A stretch of 64,000 nt of DNA from a virus, in the IMG/VR virus record IMGVR_UViG_3300048074_000120, positions 64,001 through 128,000 of that record. The stretch is one strand, 5' to 3'. How positions within the stretch are numbered: position 1 is the stretch's first letter; each line of letters starts with the position of its first letter. A model generated the notes under the pieces. That model did not search any database. It saw nothing but the letters and a program-made list of their open reading frames with translations, and was not told where the DNA came from. Both the position numbers and the translations under genes were made by a program. Positions 51,243 through 60,181 of the stretch are shown here, piece after piece.

Positions 51243-51599
51243 CTACTTGCTGCGGGGCGGGATTGTACCAACCACCGCCGCCAAACCTTTCTCCACTTCC
51301 TCCTCTACTTCTTCGATTATGCCATGGTCCAACTGCAGGTTATCGAGGCTGGTTCGAATCGACTCAAAGCCGTTGCGGACAGTTGTCGTTAGGCCATTTA
51401 TCGCCTGAATCAATCCCTTTTCCGTCAGTTGCATGTTGTTGATGGATTCAACCATTGCCAGCTGCCTACTCGACAAGTGGGCAATGATTCTCACATGCGG
51501 GTCATCGCTCTGAAGCAAAGCCGACGTCAACCCGGACTGATCTTTGTAACACGCACACTCAGAATTCATGCATGTAGGAGGCGGGGCGGAGTCGCTCAT
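51243..51599 (-). CDS. Hypothetical coiled-coil protein
   Basis: Start placed at MSDSAP, 6 nt after a GTGCATAAT element. Confidence 0.55.
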   Translation of the reverse strand: MSDSAPPPTCMNSECACYKDQSGLTSALLQSDDPHVRIIAHLSSRQLAMVESINNMQLTEKGLIQAINGLTTTVRNGFESIRTSLDNLQLDHGIIEEVEEEVEKGLAAVVGTIPPRSK

Positions 51600-51700
51600 G
51601 CCCCCATTATGCACGAAGGCCGTCAAAGAGCAAAAGCTACGCCCCGGCCCAGTGCTGAGGGGGATGGCACGAGCCAGGGCTGTAGCAGGTCTTTGTACAA

Positions 51701-52132
51701 TCACGCGGAGTCTGGGTCGACAGGGGTATTGACGTCGCGTGAAGGATCGTTCAGCAAGAAGCTCTCGGGCGGGATATTCCGAATCTGCTGAACAGCATTG
51801 AGCATATCACTCTCGATTTTATTGACCCTCTCAAGCTCATTCGGCCTGGTTGTAGTACCCGCCCCAGTGATGCGCTCGATCTGCTGGCTCGCCAGTTCCT
51901 CGTACGTTATCGCTGCAAAAGCTTCTGCAGTTTGACGACCCTGTACTGCGCCAAGGGACTGGTTGATAACCAGCCGAAGCTGGAAGTTCAAGTCCAGCCC
52001 ATTGGACTCTTGCTGGGACTGCTGAGAGGGGCTGGCTACCGACGGCACTAGGTAAGTGTACCAGGCGACGGCGGGTATGGCTGAGAAGATGCCTGTTTGG
52101 TCAACCACCAAATTGCTAGCTTCCCTATACAA
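51701..52132 (-). CDS. Hypothetical protein, probably virion-associated; start uncertain
   Basis: TTG-start ORF heading the minus-strand late block. Confidence 0.5.
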   Translation of the reverse strand: MYREASNLVVDQTGIFSAIPAVAWYTYLVPSVASPSQQSQQESNGLDLNFQLRLVINQSLGAVQGRQTAEAFAAITYEELASQQIERITGAGTTTRPNELERVNKIESDMLNAVQQIRNIPPESFLLNDPSRDVNTPVDPDSA

Positions 52133-52617
52133 GCCAACTGCACCGCATCCGGTTTCGCCTGCTCAAACGGCGAATACAACCTAATACATTCCTCCGGCCT
52201 AGGTGAGATGCCTGGGGAGACTTGTGCTGCATGTATCCCGCCCTGCAAAATGACACCACTATCAAACAAAGAAAATTCTCCACACAGGGCTACTAACCCT
52301 CGTGTCGGATTCTCTACGGGAATAACTACCCCTGGACGGCTCTTGGCGGCCTCCTCCAAGGAAAGAGACGCAATCGACTCAACCACTTGATCAGCGATAT
52401 GCCCTCGAGCAAGGGTGACAGGAATCACCGAAAGAATCTGCGCCACACTACTTACCTTGACTGAGCTCACGGTGGGATCAGGCAGTTCCACGGCAAAGCT
52501 CGCAATGTAGAAGCCATCCTCCTTCTGCTTAGTTGCCCAGGGCTCTGACGGCTGAACCGCCATCGTGTAAATGCGCTCTTCCCCAGGCTTCCACATGATC
52601 CAAATCGTCTTGATCAT
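52048..52617 (-). CDS. Hypothetical protein
   Basis: ATGA-coupled start MIKTIW preceded by GGAG. Confidence 0.55.
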   Translation of the reverse strand: MIKTIWIMWKPGEERIYTMAVQPSEPWATKQKEDGFYIASFAVELPDPTVSSVKVSSVAQILSVIPVTLARGHIADQVVESIASLSLEEAAKSRPGVVIPVENPTRGLVALCGEFSLFDSGVILQGGIHAAQVSPGISPRPEECIRLYSPFEQAKPDAVQLACIGKLAIWWLTKQASSQPYPPSPGTLT

Positions 52618-52823
52618 TCGGTATCTCCAACGTAGAAATTGTCCTCGTCCCTTGGGCACTCCTCTTTCATCAGCACAAGGCAGCGCTTGATGCTGCCAGC
52701 ACCGGTGCCCCAGGACTTTGTGACATGACCGCAATCGCTACAGGTTGCCTTGGTGCAATCTTGCATGCGACCACGGTCATTGGTCTCTTGTGTGAACTCT
52801 ATCTCGCACTCAACCCGGGCCAT
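52614..52823 (-). CDS. Small Cys-containing hypothetical protein
   Basis: MARVECEI...CSDCGH...CP. Confidence 0.6.
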   Translation of the reverse strand: MARVECEIEFTQETNDRGRMQDCTKATCSDCGHVTKSWGTGAGSIKRCLVLMKEECPRDEDNFYVGDTE

Positions 52824-53295
52824 CGGTTTCTTCCTTGAACCAGTCGGGCTGATCTCGACGAAGGATAGCTTCAACCTCCTGCGCCGAATAATCCCGAGTG
52901 GCCACAACCTCACAGCCCCACACCTTGACCTTGGTGAAGAGCTCTCGAAGGATCTCAGTTACTGCTGCAGTAGCCTTGTCCACATCCTCCTTCTTCAGTA
53001 CGGTGTCGTCTCCGTCAGGGCTCCAGTACTCCTCAAAGTCCTCGATGAGAGCCTCCGTTGCCCGTTCCATGGCCTGCTCGGCGCAGTGAGCAATCATCTC
53101 ATCGGTGATCTCACGGGGGTTCATCGCATTGACGGTCAGCGGGCAATCCTCTGCAATCTTGTCGAGGAGTTCTTGCCCATGAAGTGACTCACCGTCGAAG
53201 TACTCAACGATCTCTTCCTCGGGATCTTGCGCGGAAAGAATCTCGCGATCCCGCGCGTCGTAGAACTTAGCATTCGCAAACTTGTCTTCGCACAT
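52810..53295 (-). CDS. Acidic hypothetical protein
   Basis: GGAGG RBS 7 nt before MCEDKF. Confidence 0.65.
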   Translation of the reverse strand: MCEDKFANAKFYDARDREILSAQDPEEEIVEYFDGESLHGQELLDKIAEDCPLTVNAMNPREITDEMIAHCAEQAMERATEALIEDFEEYWSPDGDDTVLKKEDVDKATAAVTEILRELFTKVKVWGCEVVATRDYSAQEVEAILRRDQPDWFKEETDGPG

Positions 53296-53311
53296 AGCTA
53301 CAACCTCCGAC

Positions 53312-54112
53312 TTACCCGTTGTGACAACCGTAGCCAGAACCATAGGCGGCATCAACAGAATCAGAATCTGCTGGTGGTAAGTTCGCTGCATTGATTCCAG
53401 TTGGTTTAGTCACCTGATTTTCAAACTGACGATAGGCCATAGAAGGGACAGGGCCCAGAGAGGCCTCACCGGTGTAATTACCCCTCTGCTTGTAGTCGGT
53501 GACCTCTCCTTTGAGCGTGTGAAAGCGCATCTGGCCAAAGCGCATCCCTGGATAAACGATGGTCGGGTACTGGGCAACAACCTCAAGGGTGTATTGACCG
53601 TCGAAGCCAGTGTCTCCGTAACCAGCGGTGACATGTACTGTCAAGAAGAGTCGACCGATGGAAGACTTGCCGTCCAGCACGGGGACGTAGTCCATCGTCC
53701 AGATGCGCTCAACGGTGTGCATGAGATACCCGATGCCGGGCTTCAAAAGCCAACCCTTAGCAGGATCAATCTCAAACTCCCACACGTTGAGCTTCTTCCT
53801 GGCGTCAAGAACTCTCGACAAATCACGCTGAATATTATCGCCCCGTCTTCTGCTGACGCTGGTCTTAGTGTGATCTGGAAGAATTTGATCTCGGTAATCG
53901 TAGAATGATTGACCCATGCCAGCCATGGGGTCCGAAATACTAACGACATCCGAATAGACAGCAACCCGGTTGCCGAGCGTCAGATCGTAGGAGTTCGAGT
54001 TGACACGGTCAGGGTCCAGTACCCTACCGCCATCCCCATCAATAATGGTGATGCGATTGGCACGGCACTGCTCGAGTATCTCGAGCCCAGTTAGAATTCC
54101 AGCGTTATCCAT
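53312..54112 (-). CDS. dcd: dCTP deaminase
   Basis: NSYDLTL, DGKSSIGRL, AGYGDTGFDGQYTLE, GMRFGQMRF. Confidence 0.9.
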   Translation of the reverse strand: MDNAGILTGLEILEQCRANRITIIDGDGGRVLDPDRVNSNSYDLTLGNRVAVYSDVVSISDPMAGMGQSFYDYRDQILPDHTKTSVSRRRGDNIQRDLSRVLDARKKLNVWEFEIDPAKGWLLKPGIGYLMHTVERIWTMDYVPVLDGKSSIGRLFLTVHVTAGYGDTGFDGQYTLEVVAQYPTIVYPGMRFGQMRFHTLKGEVTDYKQRGNYTGEASLGPVPSMAYRQFENQVTKPTGINAANLPPADSDSVDAAYGSGYGCHNG

Positions 54113-54656
54113 TCTCAGCCACCACATCCGCATTGTTCGGGTTTTGCACCCAATCACGCTTTGAGACTTTTTGCCAAGTTGCCTCGAGGATACTCAGGAA
54201 TGTTCCGCCCTTGACCGCGTGCGCTGACAAGGCCTCCATCTGAAAGAGGATGTTTCGAAACAACCCCTCCATCATCCGTGCGTGGTGCTCAGCTCCTCCA
54301 CGGATGTTTTGCTCGCCCTTGAGCTGGTGGTGCGCGATGGCGCGCATCAAGGGGGTAACAAAGTGCGGCATACGCTCGGCGTTCTTGTCTCGAGGTTGCC
54401 GCATCTCGTACAAGCTAGGCAGCTCCCATCCTGCAATGTTGCAGTAATTGAGCATGTAGATGCCAACGTCTCCTATAGAATCGAACAGCTTCTCCTTGCT
54501 GTCGAGCATCCACGCCTCAGCCACCTCCCCTAGCTCCTCAATGAGGCCGAGCGCCATGCGGTGCGCTTGCTGAACCCCAAAGTTCCTCAGCGACCACTCA
54601 CGCTGCTCCCGCTGAATCTCTGCCAATCGTTGTGCTACCGTCTTGTCCATACTCAA
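54105..54656 (-). CDS. MazG-like nucleotide pyrophosphohydrolase
   Basis: LGLIEELGEVAEA...DSIGDVGIY (EExxE...DxxD). Confidence 0.8.
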   Translation of the reverse strand: MSMDKTVAQRLAEIQREQREWSLRNFGVQQAHRMALGLIEELGEVAEAWMLDSKEKLFDSIGDVGIYMLNYCNIAGWELPSLYEMRQPRDKNAERMPHFVTPLMRAIAHHQLKGEQNIRGGAEHHARMMEGLFRNILFQMEALSAHAVKGGTFLSILEATWQKVSKRDWVQNPNNADVVAENG

Positions 54657-54952
54657 TGTCTCATTCCTGGTGGAAATGATGGAGGGCCTTGAACAGGAAG
54701 TTCATCACCCTCTAGTTGTTCTTTGCTCAACAGCGCAGCCCTCTGGTACACAAGCACCAGGCCGCGGTCAGCCTCCCTGCCCAGCATAGTTTGCATGACG
54801 AACCCCTCGCCAGTGTTGGCGTTCAGGGACTCCTGCAACTTACGGGCAAACTCTACCGAGTTATCCTCGACAATAGCGTCGCACCGATACTCGATGCTCA
54901 CCGGTTGCCCCGTGCTGGAAACCGGATAGCGTCTACTCATCATCGTCTTCAC
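54653..54952 (-). CDS. Hypothetical protein
   Basis: Coupled ORF in the operon. Confidence 0.55.
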   Translation of the reverse strand: MKTMMSRRYPVSSTGQPVSIEYRCDAIVEDNSVEFARKLQESLNANTGEGFVMQTMLGREADRGLVLVYQRAALLSKEQLEGDELPVQGPPSFPPGMRH

Positions 54953-55391
54953 TTTCTCGTTCAGCAGCCGGATCTAGCACAACGGTGCGAGCGATTGTAC
55001 TCTCCATTGCCTGCCCTACAACGTCCCAGTAAAGTCGAAGAGCCATACGAATCTGTGCCGGGCTGAACTCTATGGTGTACTTCCTCTTCTCAGCCATGTC
55101 CTCAACGTACGGCCTAAAATTCGTTTGAGCCTCGAGTATCTCGCCAAGCAGGCGGATGAAACGTACCGTCTTCTCCTGCGCACGGACTGCAGTGCCCGTC
55201 TTCGTGAGCTGATCCTGAAGATTTCCCTCAGAGCGCGCCAACTGCTCCTGCAAATCCTTGATGATCTCTCCGGTGCCTCCGTCGGTTGCCACCTCATTCA
55301 GTGCGGCATTGAACTCTGTATTGGCTTGTGGATCTCTGCGCAGAAGACCATGCAGGCGAGGGTACTTCGACAAAATGGGACGTCCAGACAT
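54933..55391 (-). CDS. Hypothetical coiled-coil protein
   Basis: AAGGAGG RBS; 152 aa. Confidence 0.65.
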   Translation of the reverse strand: MSGRPILSKYPRLHGLLRRDPQANTEFNAALNEVATDGGTGEIIKDLQEQLARSEGNLQDQLTKTGTAVRAQEKTVRFIRLLGEILEAQTNFRPYVEDMAEKRKYTIEFSPAQIRMALRLYWDVVGQAMESTIARTVVLDPAAERESEDDDE

Positions 55392-55396
55392 GCCGG

Positions 55397-55573
55397 CTAG
55401 CCTCCTTCGCGTCCCTTATCACCGCGCTTCGGCCAGTACTTGCCGACCAGCACGGCCAGGACACAAATGGCGAATACAAGGGCGCACCACCAAAGCCAAA
55501 GCTTGAATGCCCAATGGACGATGAATACCGCGGCGTGGCCTAGCACAATCAGAACCTGAGCTACTTCATGCAT
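55397..55573 (-). CDS. Small membrane protein (58 aa, below ORF-track cutoff)
   Basis: GGAGG RBS; MHEVAQVLIVLGHAAVFIVHWAFKLWLWWCALVFAICVLAVLVGKYWPKRGDKGREGG, two hydrophobic segments. Confidence 0.7.
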   Translation of the reverse strand: MHEVAQVLIVLGHAAVFIVHWAFKLWLWWCALVFAICVLAVLVGKYWPKRGDKGREGG

Positions 55574-55628
55574 ACTGCCTCCAAACGAGGGGCTACGCTG
55601 AAGGCGCCCTTTCGAGCGCCCAGCTTTC

Positions 55629-56303
55629 CTACGTCACAAGCGTCATCTGCTTTCCCCACTGCCTTACACAACGTTCGACCTCTTCCCAGCTGCTCACGTG
55701 AACGAGGCCTTCTTGAATTGACATCCCAGGCGATAGCCAGCGCAATGGAACACTGCCTGGCCAAGCTTCTCTGAACTCCAAGCAGTTCTCGGGTTTGTCA
55801 TCGACGAGGAAATCGCCGAGGAAATCGCCGTAGACCAGGTACTTGTGGTCGGTGAAAACCCAACGGCTGCCAAGGTCAGGGCCGAAGTGACTCTCGAGCC
55901 ACTCCATGCGGTCAAAGCACCAGGTGGCGCTGCCCTCCACGGGGGTTGTCACAAAGGCCACATCAAACAAGCTGGCCAAGCGCTTCACGCCTTGTACCGC
56001 CCCGGGGAATGGGAGCAGCATGTTGGCGGAACCGGGAAGACGAAGCACTTCGTAGACCTCGTCCTCCTGCTTGTGCGTGAGCCCCAACTCCTTGGCGACA
56101 TCCCACTTGGTTGGCCTCCAATTGATAGGGATGTCCCGAAACTTGAGGTTCCGAACGGCATTGACCATCAACTGAACGAAGTCAGCTACGACCCCGTCAA
56201 CATCCAGCAATACCCTGGGGCGCCTACTAGTAATGCCCGACGACGTGGGCGTCAGCTTAGAAAGGGAATTCGTCGTCTTTGCCTCTGCGTCTTGGCTCGC
56301 CAT
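55629..56303 (-). CDS. HAD-family 5'(3')-deoxyribonucleotidase (NT5C-like)
   Basis: LLDVDGVVADF (motif I), FVTTP, DKYLVYGD, LVDDKPENC. Confidence 0.85.
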   Translation of the reverse strand: MASQDAEAKTTNSLSKLTPTSSGITSRRPRVLLDVDGVVADFVQLMVNAVRNLKFRDIPINWRPTKWDVAKELGLTHKQEDEVYEVLRLPGSANMLLPFPGAVQGVKRLASLFDVAFVTTPVEGSATWCFDRMEWLESHFGPDLGSRWVFTDHKYLVYGDFLGDFLVDDKPENCLEFREAWPGSVPLRWLSPGMSIQEGLVHVSSWEEVERCVRQWGKQMTLVT

Positions 56304-56583
56304 CGGGTAGTTCTCCTGAATCTCCTGGATGCTCCATTACTTGCTCACTGCGTTCAGCTTCCTTGGTTGGCACCAGCGAAAGACAAACATCATCGGTCCA
56401 GTCTAGTCGAACACCTGGGTTCAGCACCAGGTTGAACTGCCCGAAGCGAACTGGGAATACTGCACCGGCAATGGTTCTGTGCTTTGGGTTCACCTTGCTG
56501 GTGATTCGTAACAAGTACGGCGGTGGGCCACGATACGGGGCCTCTGTTGTACTTTTCATCAAACTGCTCCTTGTTGAAATCAA
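56257..56583 (-). CDS. Hypothetical protein
   Basis: Coupled ORF ending DDEFPF, a C-terminus seen in ssDNA-binding proteins. Confidence 0.55.
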   Translation of the reverse strand: MISTRSSLMKSTTEAPYRGPPPYLLRITSKVNPKHRTIAGAVFPVRFGQFNLVLNPGVRLDWTDDVCLSLVPTKEAERSEQVMEHPGDSGELPDGEPRRRGKDDEFPF

Positions 56584-58307
56584 TCGTAGAAAATGTCTGC
56601 TGCTTTCATCTCCTTGTAGCCATCAATGAGCTCCAGCGTACGCAGGCGGCTCAATGCATTGTCGAAGCCACTACTCGTTTGTGAATACCCCGAGTGTTCA
56701 GCGATGTACTCCTTACCGACGGCAAAAGGCCCGCCCGGCATCTTCCCAGCGTCGTAGATGACCGTGAGCAAGGTCCGCTCACACTTGTGCAGCTTGGCGC
56801 ACCAGTACTCGAGTAGAGCTTGCCCCTTGGGGAGCGGCTCAACCTTCCCGGCTACCTGCCTGCCACCAGCCGTGATGGACAGGGCACTTCGGGGGCCCTC
56901 GATCAGGTTTCGCGTGCGAAGAGTCGACAGGCTGTTATCGAAACCGCTGCTCTTGATCGAGTACCCAGTGAGGATGGCCAACTGCGTGTCAGTCGTCGTC
57001 TCGTGCTGCCGTTCCGCTAGAACAGCCAGCATTGCCCGCGGGCAAGCGCTAAGGCCCTTGGAGGCCTCGGTCGAAATTGTGGGCAATTGGTGCTGTTTCT
57101 TCAGTGGCACTTTCAGAGGCACCCTCGGCTCCGAGGTCGTTGGGCCGGGTTTTGCTCGAGCAACTGGAGGCTCACCGCTGGACACGATCGCCTTCACATC
57201 CCACAAGCGGTTGAGGGTTTCCTCGGTTTGTGCCGACGCCGCCCCCAACTTCTCGATGAGAGCATTGAGCTCCTGCAGGTCGACGGCGGGGCGCTCCTTT
57301 TGCTGACGTACCTTCCGCTGTAGATCCTCGAGCTCTTCTCGCGTCTTGACGAGCTCGCGCTCGGTGACCCGCAACGCCGCACGCAGCGTTGCCAGATCGT
57401 CCTTCTTTGCCGCCTCGAGCGTTTCTGCGATGCGACCTCGTAGCTTGTCGATGTCGACGTCAGCCAAGCTCGCCACCTTGCGAGCCGCACTGCCTTTGAG
57501 ATTCTTTGGCGTGGCGCCAGAATCGAAGGTTCTGCTGAACCTGAACTTTAACCGTTCGGTCTTCTTCAGAAAGTGCGGCGACCACACCCAGGCTTCGCCA
57601 TCGGCGAGCCCAGACAGCGTCGGCAGGAGGTCCTCCCCAAACGCGTGATACTTCGTCCAGGCCTTGATCGCTTCGATGTCCTGCGGACCTGTGGTGCGCA
57701 TGACGAAGAGCGTCTCGACCTGCGTCAGCACATCCTTATTCACCACAGCACTTCGTTGCGTTGCGAGCGTAATCCCAATGCCCCGCCCACGGCCGCGCCG
57801 CACGATGTTCTCCCAAGCACGCTTGAGGTGCAACTCGTCGCGCATGGGCCGCTGGGGGATGTAATCATCCGCCTCCTCTAAAAAGAGGTGCAGTGGGTCC
57901 CGGTTCTTGGCGTAGATGCGCCGGGCGAACGCCAGCAGGAAAGCTTTCCTGTCTGCCTCGGAGTCGAACCCTGAAAGGTCCAGAATCGAGGACAGCCGCT
58001 GGGATACGATGACATCCGCAACGAGCTCTCCCGAGCCGCGCGTGAGCGGGACATCCCCATGTTCGCCGCCGAAGATGAAGACGGGCAGGCCCCCGCCGGC
58101 GGATCCATCCCGCCCAGAGCGAAGGCCATACCAAGAACCAACAGGGTCAACGACCACGAATGGAAGCGAGGCCTCGAACATCTCCTCCGCCATGGATCGC
58201 ATGGCATTGGTCTTACCGGCTCCACGTACTGCCAGGAGCCCGAAAGTACTCGTCACCGCGTCGAGCGGCAGTTGCACCGTCTTTGAAATGTTCAGCAATT
58301 GAGACAT
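56580..58307 (-). CDS. HerA/DUF87-family ATPase with coiled coil and C-terminal winged-helix-like repeats
   Basis: Walker A AVRGAGKT, VVVDPVG, Walker B FLEEAD, RGRGRG, ATQRS; two SSGFDN.LS.LR repeats at the C-terminus. Confidence 0.85.
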   Translation of the reverse strand: MSQLLNISKTVQLPLDAVTSTFGLLAVRGAGKTNAMRSMAEEMFEASLPFVVVDPVGSWYGLRSGRDGSAGGGLPVFIFGGEHGDVPLTRGSGELVADVIVSQRLSSILDLSGFDSEADRKAFLLAFARRIYAKNRDPLHLFLEEADDYIPQRPMRDELHLKRAWENIVRRGRGRGIGITLATQRSAVVNKDVLTQVETLFVMRTTGPQDIEAIKAWTKYHAFGEDLLPTLSGLADGEAWVWSPHFLKKTERLKFRFSRTFDSGATPKNLKGSAARKVASLADVDIDKLRGRIAETLEAAKKDDLATLRAALRVTERELVKTREELEDLQRKVRQQKERPAVDLQELNALIEKLGAASAQTEETLNRLWDVKAIVSSGEPPVARAKPGPTTSEPRVPLKVPLKKQHQLPTISTEASKGLSACPRAMLAVLAERQHETTTDTQLAILTGYSIKSSGFDNSLSTLRTRNLIEGPRSALSITAGGRQVAGKVEPLPKGQALLEYWCAKLHKCERTLLTVIYDAGKMPGGPFAVGKEYIAEHSGYSQTSSGFDNALSRLRTLELIDGYKEMKAADIFYD

Positions 58308-58313
58308 AGGCTC

Positions 58314-59087
58314 CTACAGCGTCTTGGTGTCGAGCCACAAAGCGATCATGAAGGAAACGGACTTATCCGAGCGACTGTGCTCGATACGCCCGATCAACAT
58401 TGGGTCAGGCCGCGGTCGACTGGTGTTTGGAAGAATGCCAATGGAGTCGAAGATCAGGGTCTTCTGGGCCCTATCCAAGTTCTCCAAAATCGCCATGCGT
58501 GCGAGCTTCACCGGAAAGGAGACTTTCTGAAAGCCTTTGGCGACACGCCACTTCTCGATGGATCCTTCCTTGTCGCCAGGCCTCTTCTCGATCTCGTTTT
58601 TGGTCTCAGGGGAAACATACCTGCCTTCACCGAGAGCCGCCCCATCAGGAGAGACCGCGGGCATCGAGCCGCCCCAGGTTACTTTCCGTTCCACAGAGGC
58701 GGGTTCTTCTGCCACCGTGCGCACGGCGATGATCTGCACGGGAAAGTCCGGCACAATGCAATACCCGGCGGCGAGCGCCGCATGAAGCTTCTCGTAGAAG
58801 ACTACATCGGCGGCGGCGTCATCGACCTTGCTCTTGAAGGCAGCTGTGCGCTGATGCATCTCCTTGACCTTGGCAAGCTCAGTCTCTGCCGTGGTCAACG
58901 CCGCTTTTGCTTCAGCGATCTTGCCTAGCGGCCATTGGCCAAGCTGCTCGCGCGAACTTGCCATCTCGGAGGCGTTGCGTGCCACAACAACCAGATCAGT
59001 AGCCACCGGGAGAGGAAGCTCGATGGTGGCCTCTGCCGGTTGAATGATAGTGACCTCGGGAGTCTTTTCGATAGCTGTTTCAGTCAT
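58314..59087 (-). CDS. Hypothetical protein with coiled coil
   Basis: ATGA-coupled start MTETAIE. Confidence 0.65.
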   Translation of the reverse strand: MTETAIEKTPEVTIIQPAEATIELPLPVATDLVVVARNASEMASSREQLGQWPLGKIAEAKAALTTAETELAKVKEMHQRTAAFKSKVDDAAADVVFYEKLHAALAAGYCIVPDFPVQIIAVRTVAEEPASVERKVTWGGSMPAVSPDGAALGEGRYVSPETKNEIEKRPGDKEGSIEKWRVAKGFQKVSFPVKLARMAILENLDRAQKTLIFDSIGILPNTSRPRPDPMLIGRIEHSRSDKSVSFMIALWLDTKTL

Positions 59088-59353
59088 CGTCGTCTTTTCC
59101 AATCTGCGGGAAGAAACCCGCCCTTTGTGAGCCACTCATCGAGGGCTTCAAAGTTTGCAATGAACTCGAGCATTGGCTCGTAGTCGATATTGTGCGTGCG
59201 TCGAAGCCGCAACCCTGGATCGGCGGCAAGCGCAGCTTCATCTCGATACTTAGCATCGATGACTGCCTCACGAAGACTCGCGAGGGCTTTATCTGGATCC
59301 ATCATGCTCTTTCCTGGCTCCTGCATAGCGCAGTCACCAACCTGAATTGTCAC
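59084..59353 (-). CDS. Hypothetical protein (start may be 59305)
   Basis: Coupled ORF ending LDEWLTKGGFLPADW. Confidence 0.6.
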   Translation of the reverse strand: MTIQVGDCAMQEPGKSMMDPDKALASLREAVIDAKYRDEAALAADPGLRLRRTHNIDYEPMLEFIANFEALDEWLTKGGFLPADWKRRR

Positions 59354-59661
59354 CAGCGTTGTGTATCAGCAATCTTCTGAGCTACTCGTTGAACCAACGC
59401 GCCATTGGCCAAGGTTGCTTCAAAAGCTGCGAGCAACACCGATCGAATCCTTGCCTGCTGTTCTGGTTCCTGCAGTATCTCGAGCATCATTGTGTGCACG
59501 TGATTATTTACTGCCCGCACAAGAGCGCTGTTATCCCCTTTCGTTGCTTGCTCCAGCTGCTTCGTCAGCGCCTCAGAGAATATCGAACGCTGCAGCTCAA
59601 CAGGGACAACTTCAGCAATCGCCTTAGAGACGGCTGCCGTCAATGCTTCATGTAACTCCAT
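59350..59661 (-). CDS. Hypothetical helical protein
   Basis: GAGGT RBS; 103 aa. Confidence 0.65.
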   Translation of the reverse strand: MELHEALTAAVSKAIAEVVPVELQRSIFSEALTKQLEQATKGDNSALVRAVNNHVHTMMLEILQEPEQQARIRSVLLAAFEATLANGALVQRVAQKIADTQRW

Positions 59662-59668
59662 TACAACC

Positions 59669-59905
59669 TCACTTAGTAGTTTGCTGCCCTTGAGGATTCT
59701 CAGACGACTTTTTTGATCGTCTGCGCGGGGGTGCTTTTGTTCTGGGCTTTTGCTTGAAGTGCCCGTCCTCGATCAGCTCCTTGACGAGAGGGGGCGCATG
59801 CTTTGATGCGATTGGCGCTCCGTCTTTTCCCCACCTGATGCTGAAAACTCTGCCTGCCATTTGCCTCCAGGTAAGCCGCCATGCCCATGGTAAGGGTTGG
59901 GTCAT
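59669..59905 (-). CDS. Small basic hypothetical protein (competes with overlapping ORF 59700..59933)
   Basis: Tight packing with the downstream gene; cannot tell which frame is used. Confidence 0.4.
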   Translation of the reverse strand: MTQPLPWAWRLTWRQMAGRVFSIRWGKDGAPIASKHAPPLVKELIEDGHFKQKPRTKAPPRRRSKKSSENPQGQQTTK

Positions 59906-59953
59906 CGCTTACAACGAGTTGAATTCGAACCATGGTTGCCTCAACTATCGTTC

Positions 59954-60181
59954 TTATCCCTGTCTTCTGGCGATCTCGTCAGCCAGTGCTTGCGGGTCGA
60001 TACTGTAATAGTTGAGCAGGAGCCCGTCTACATGTTCCCAAACGGCGGAGAGCTCGAAGTTGGGATTCTGCTCCATCAACCAGTTGAGAAACTCCTTGAT
60101 GGTCTTCATCGGAAGACGCACCGCGTGCACCTTGGCCAATTGGGGAAACATCTCTGCTGAAAGAGCTGGGTTATCAGTCAT
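59954..60181 (-). CDS. Hypothetical protein
   Basis: AAGGAGGAG RBS; 75 aa. Confidence 0.7.
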   Translation of the reverse strand: MTDNPALSAEMFPQLAKVHAVRLPMKTIKEFLNWLMEQNPNFELSAVWEHVDGLLLNYYSIDPQALADEIARRQG

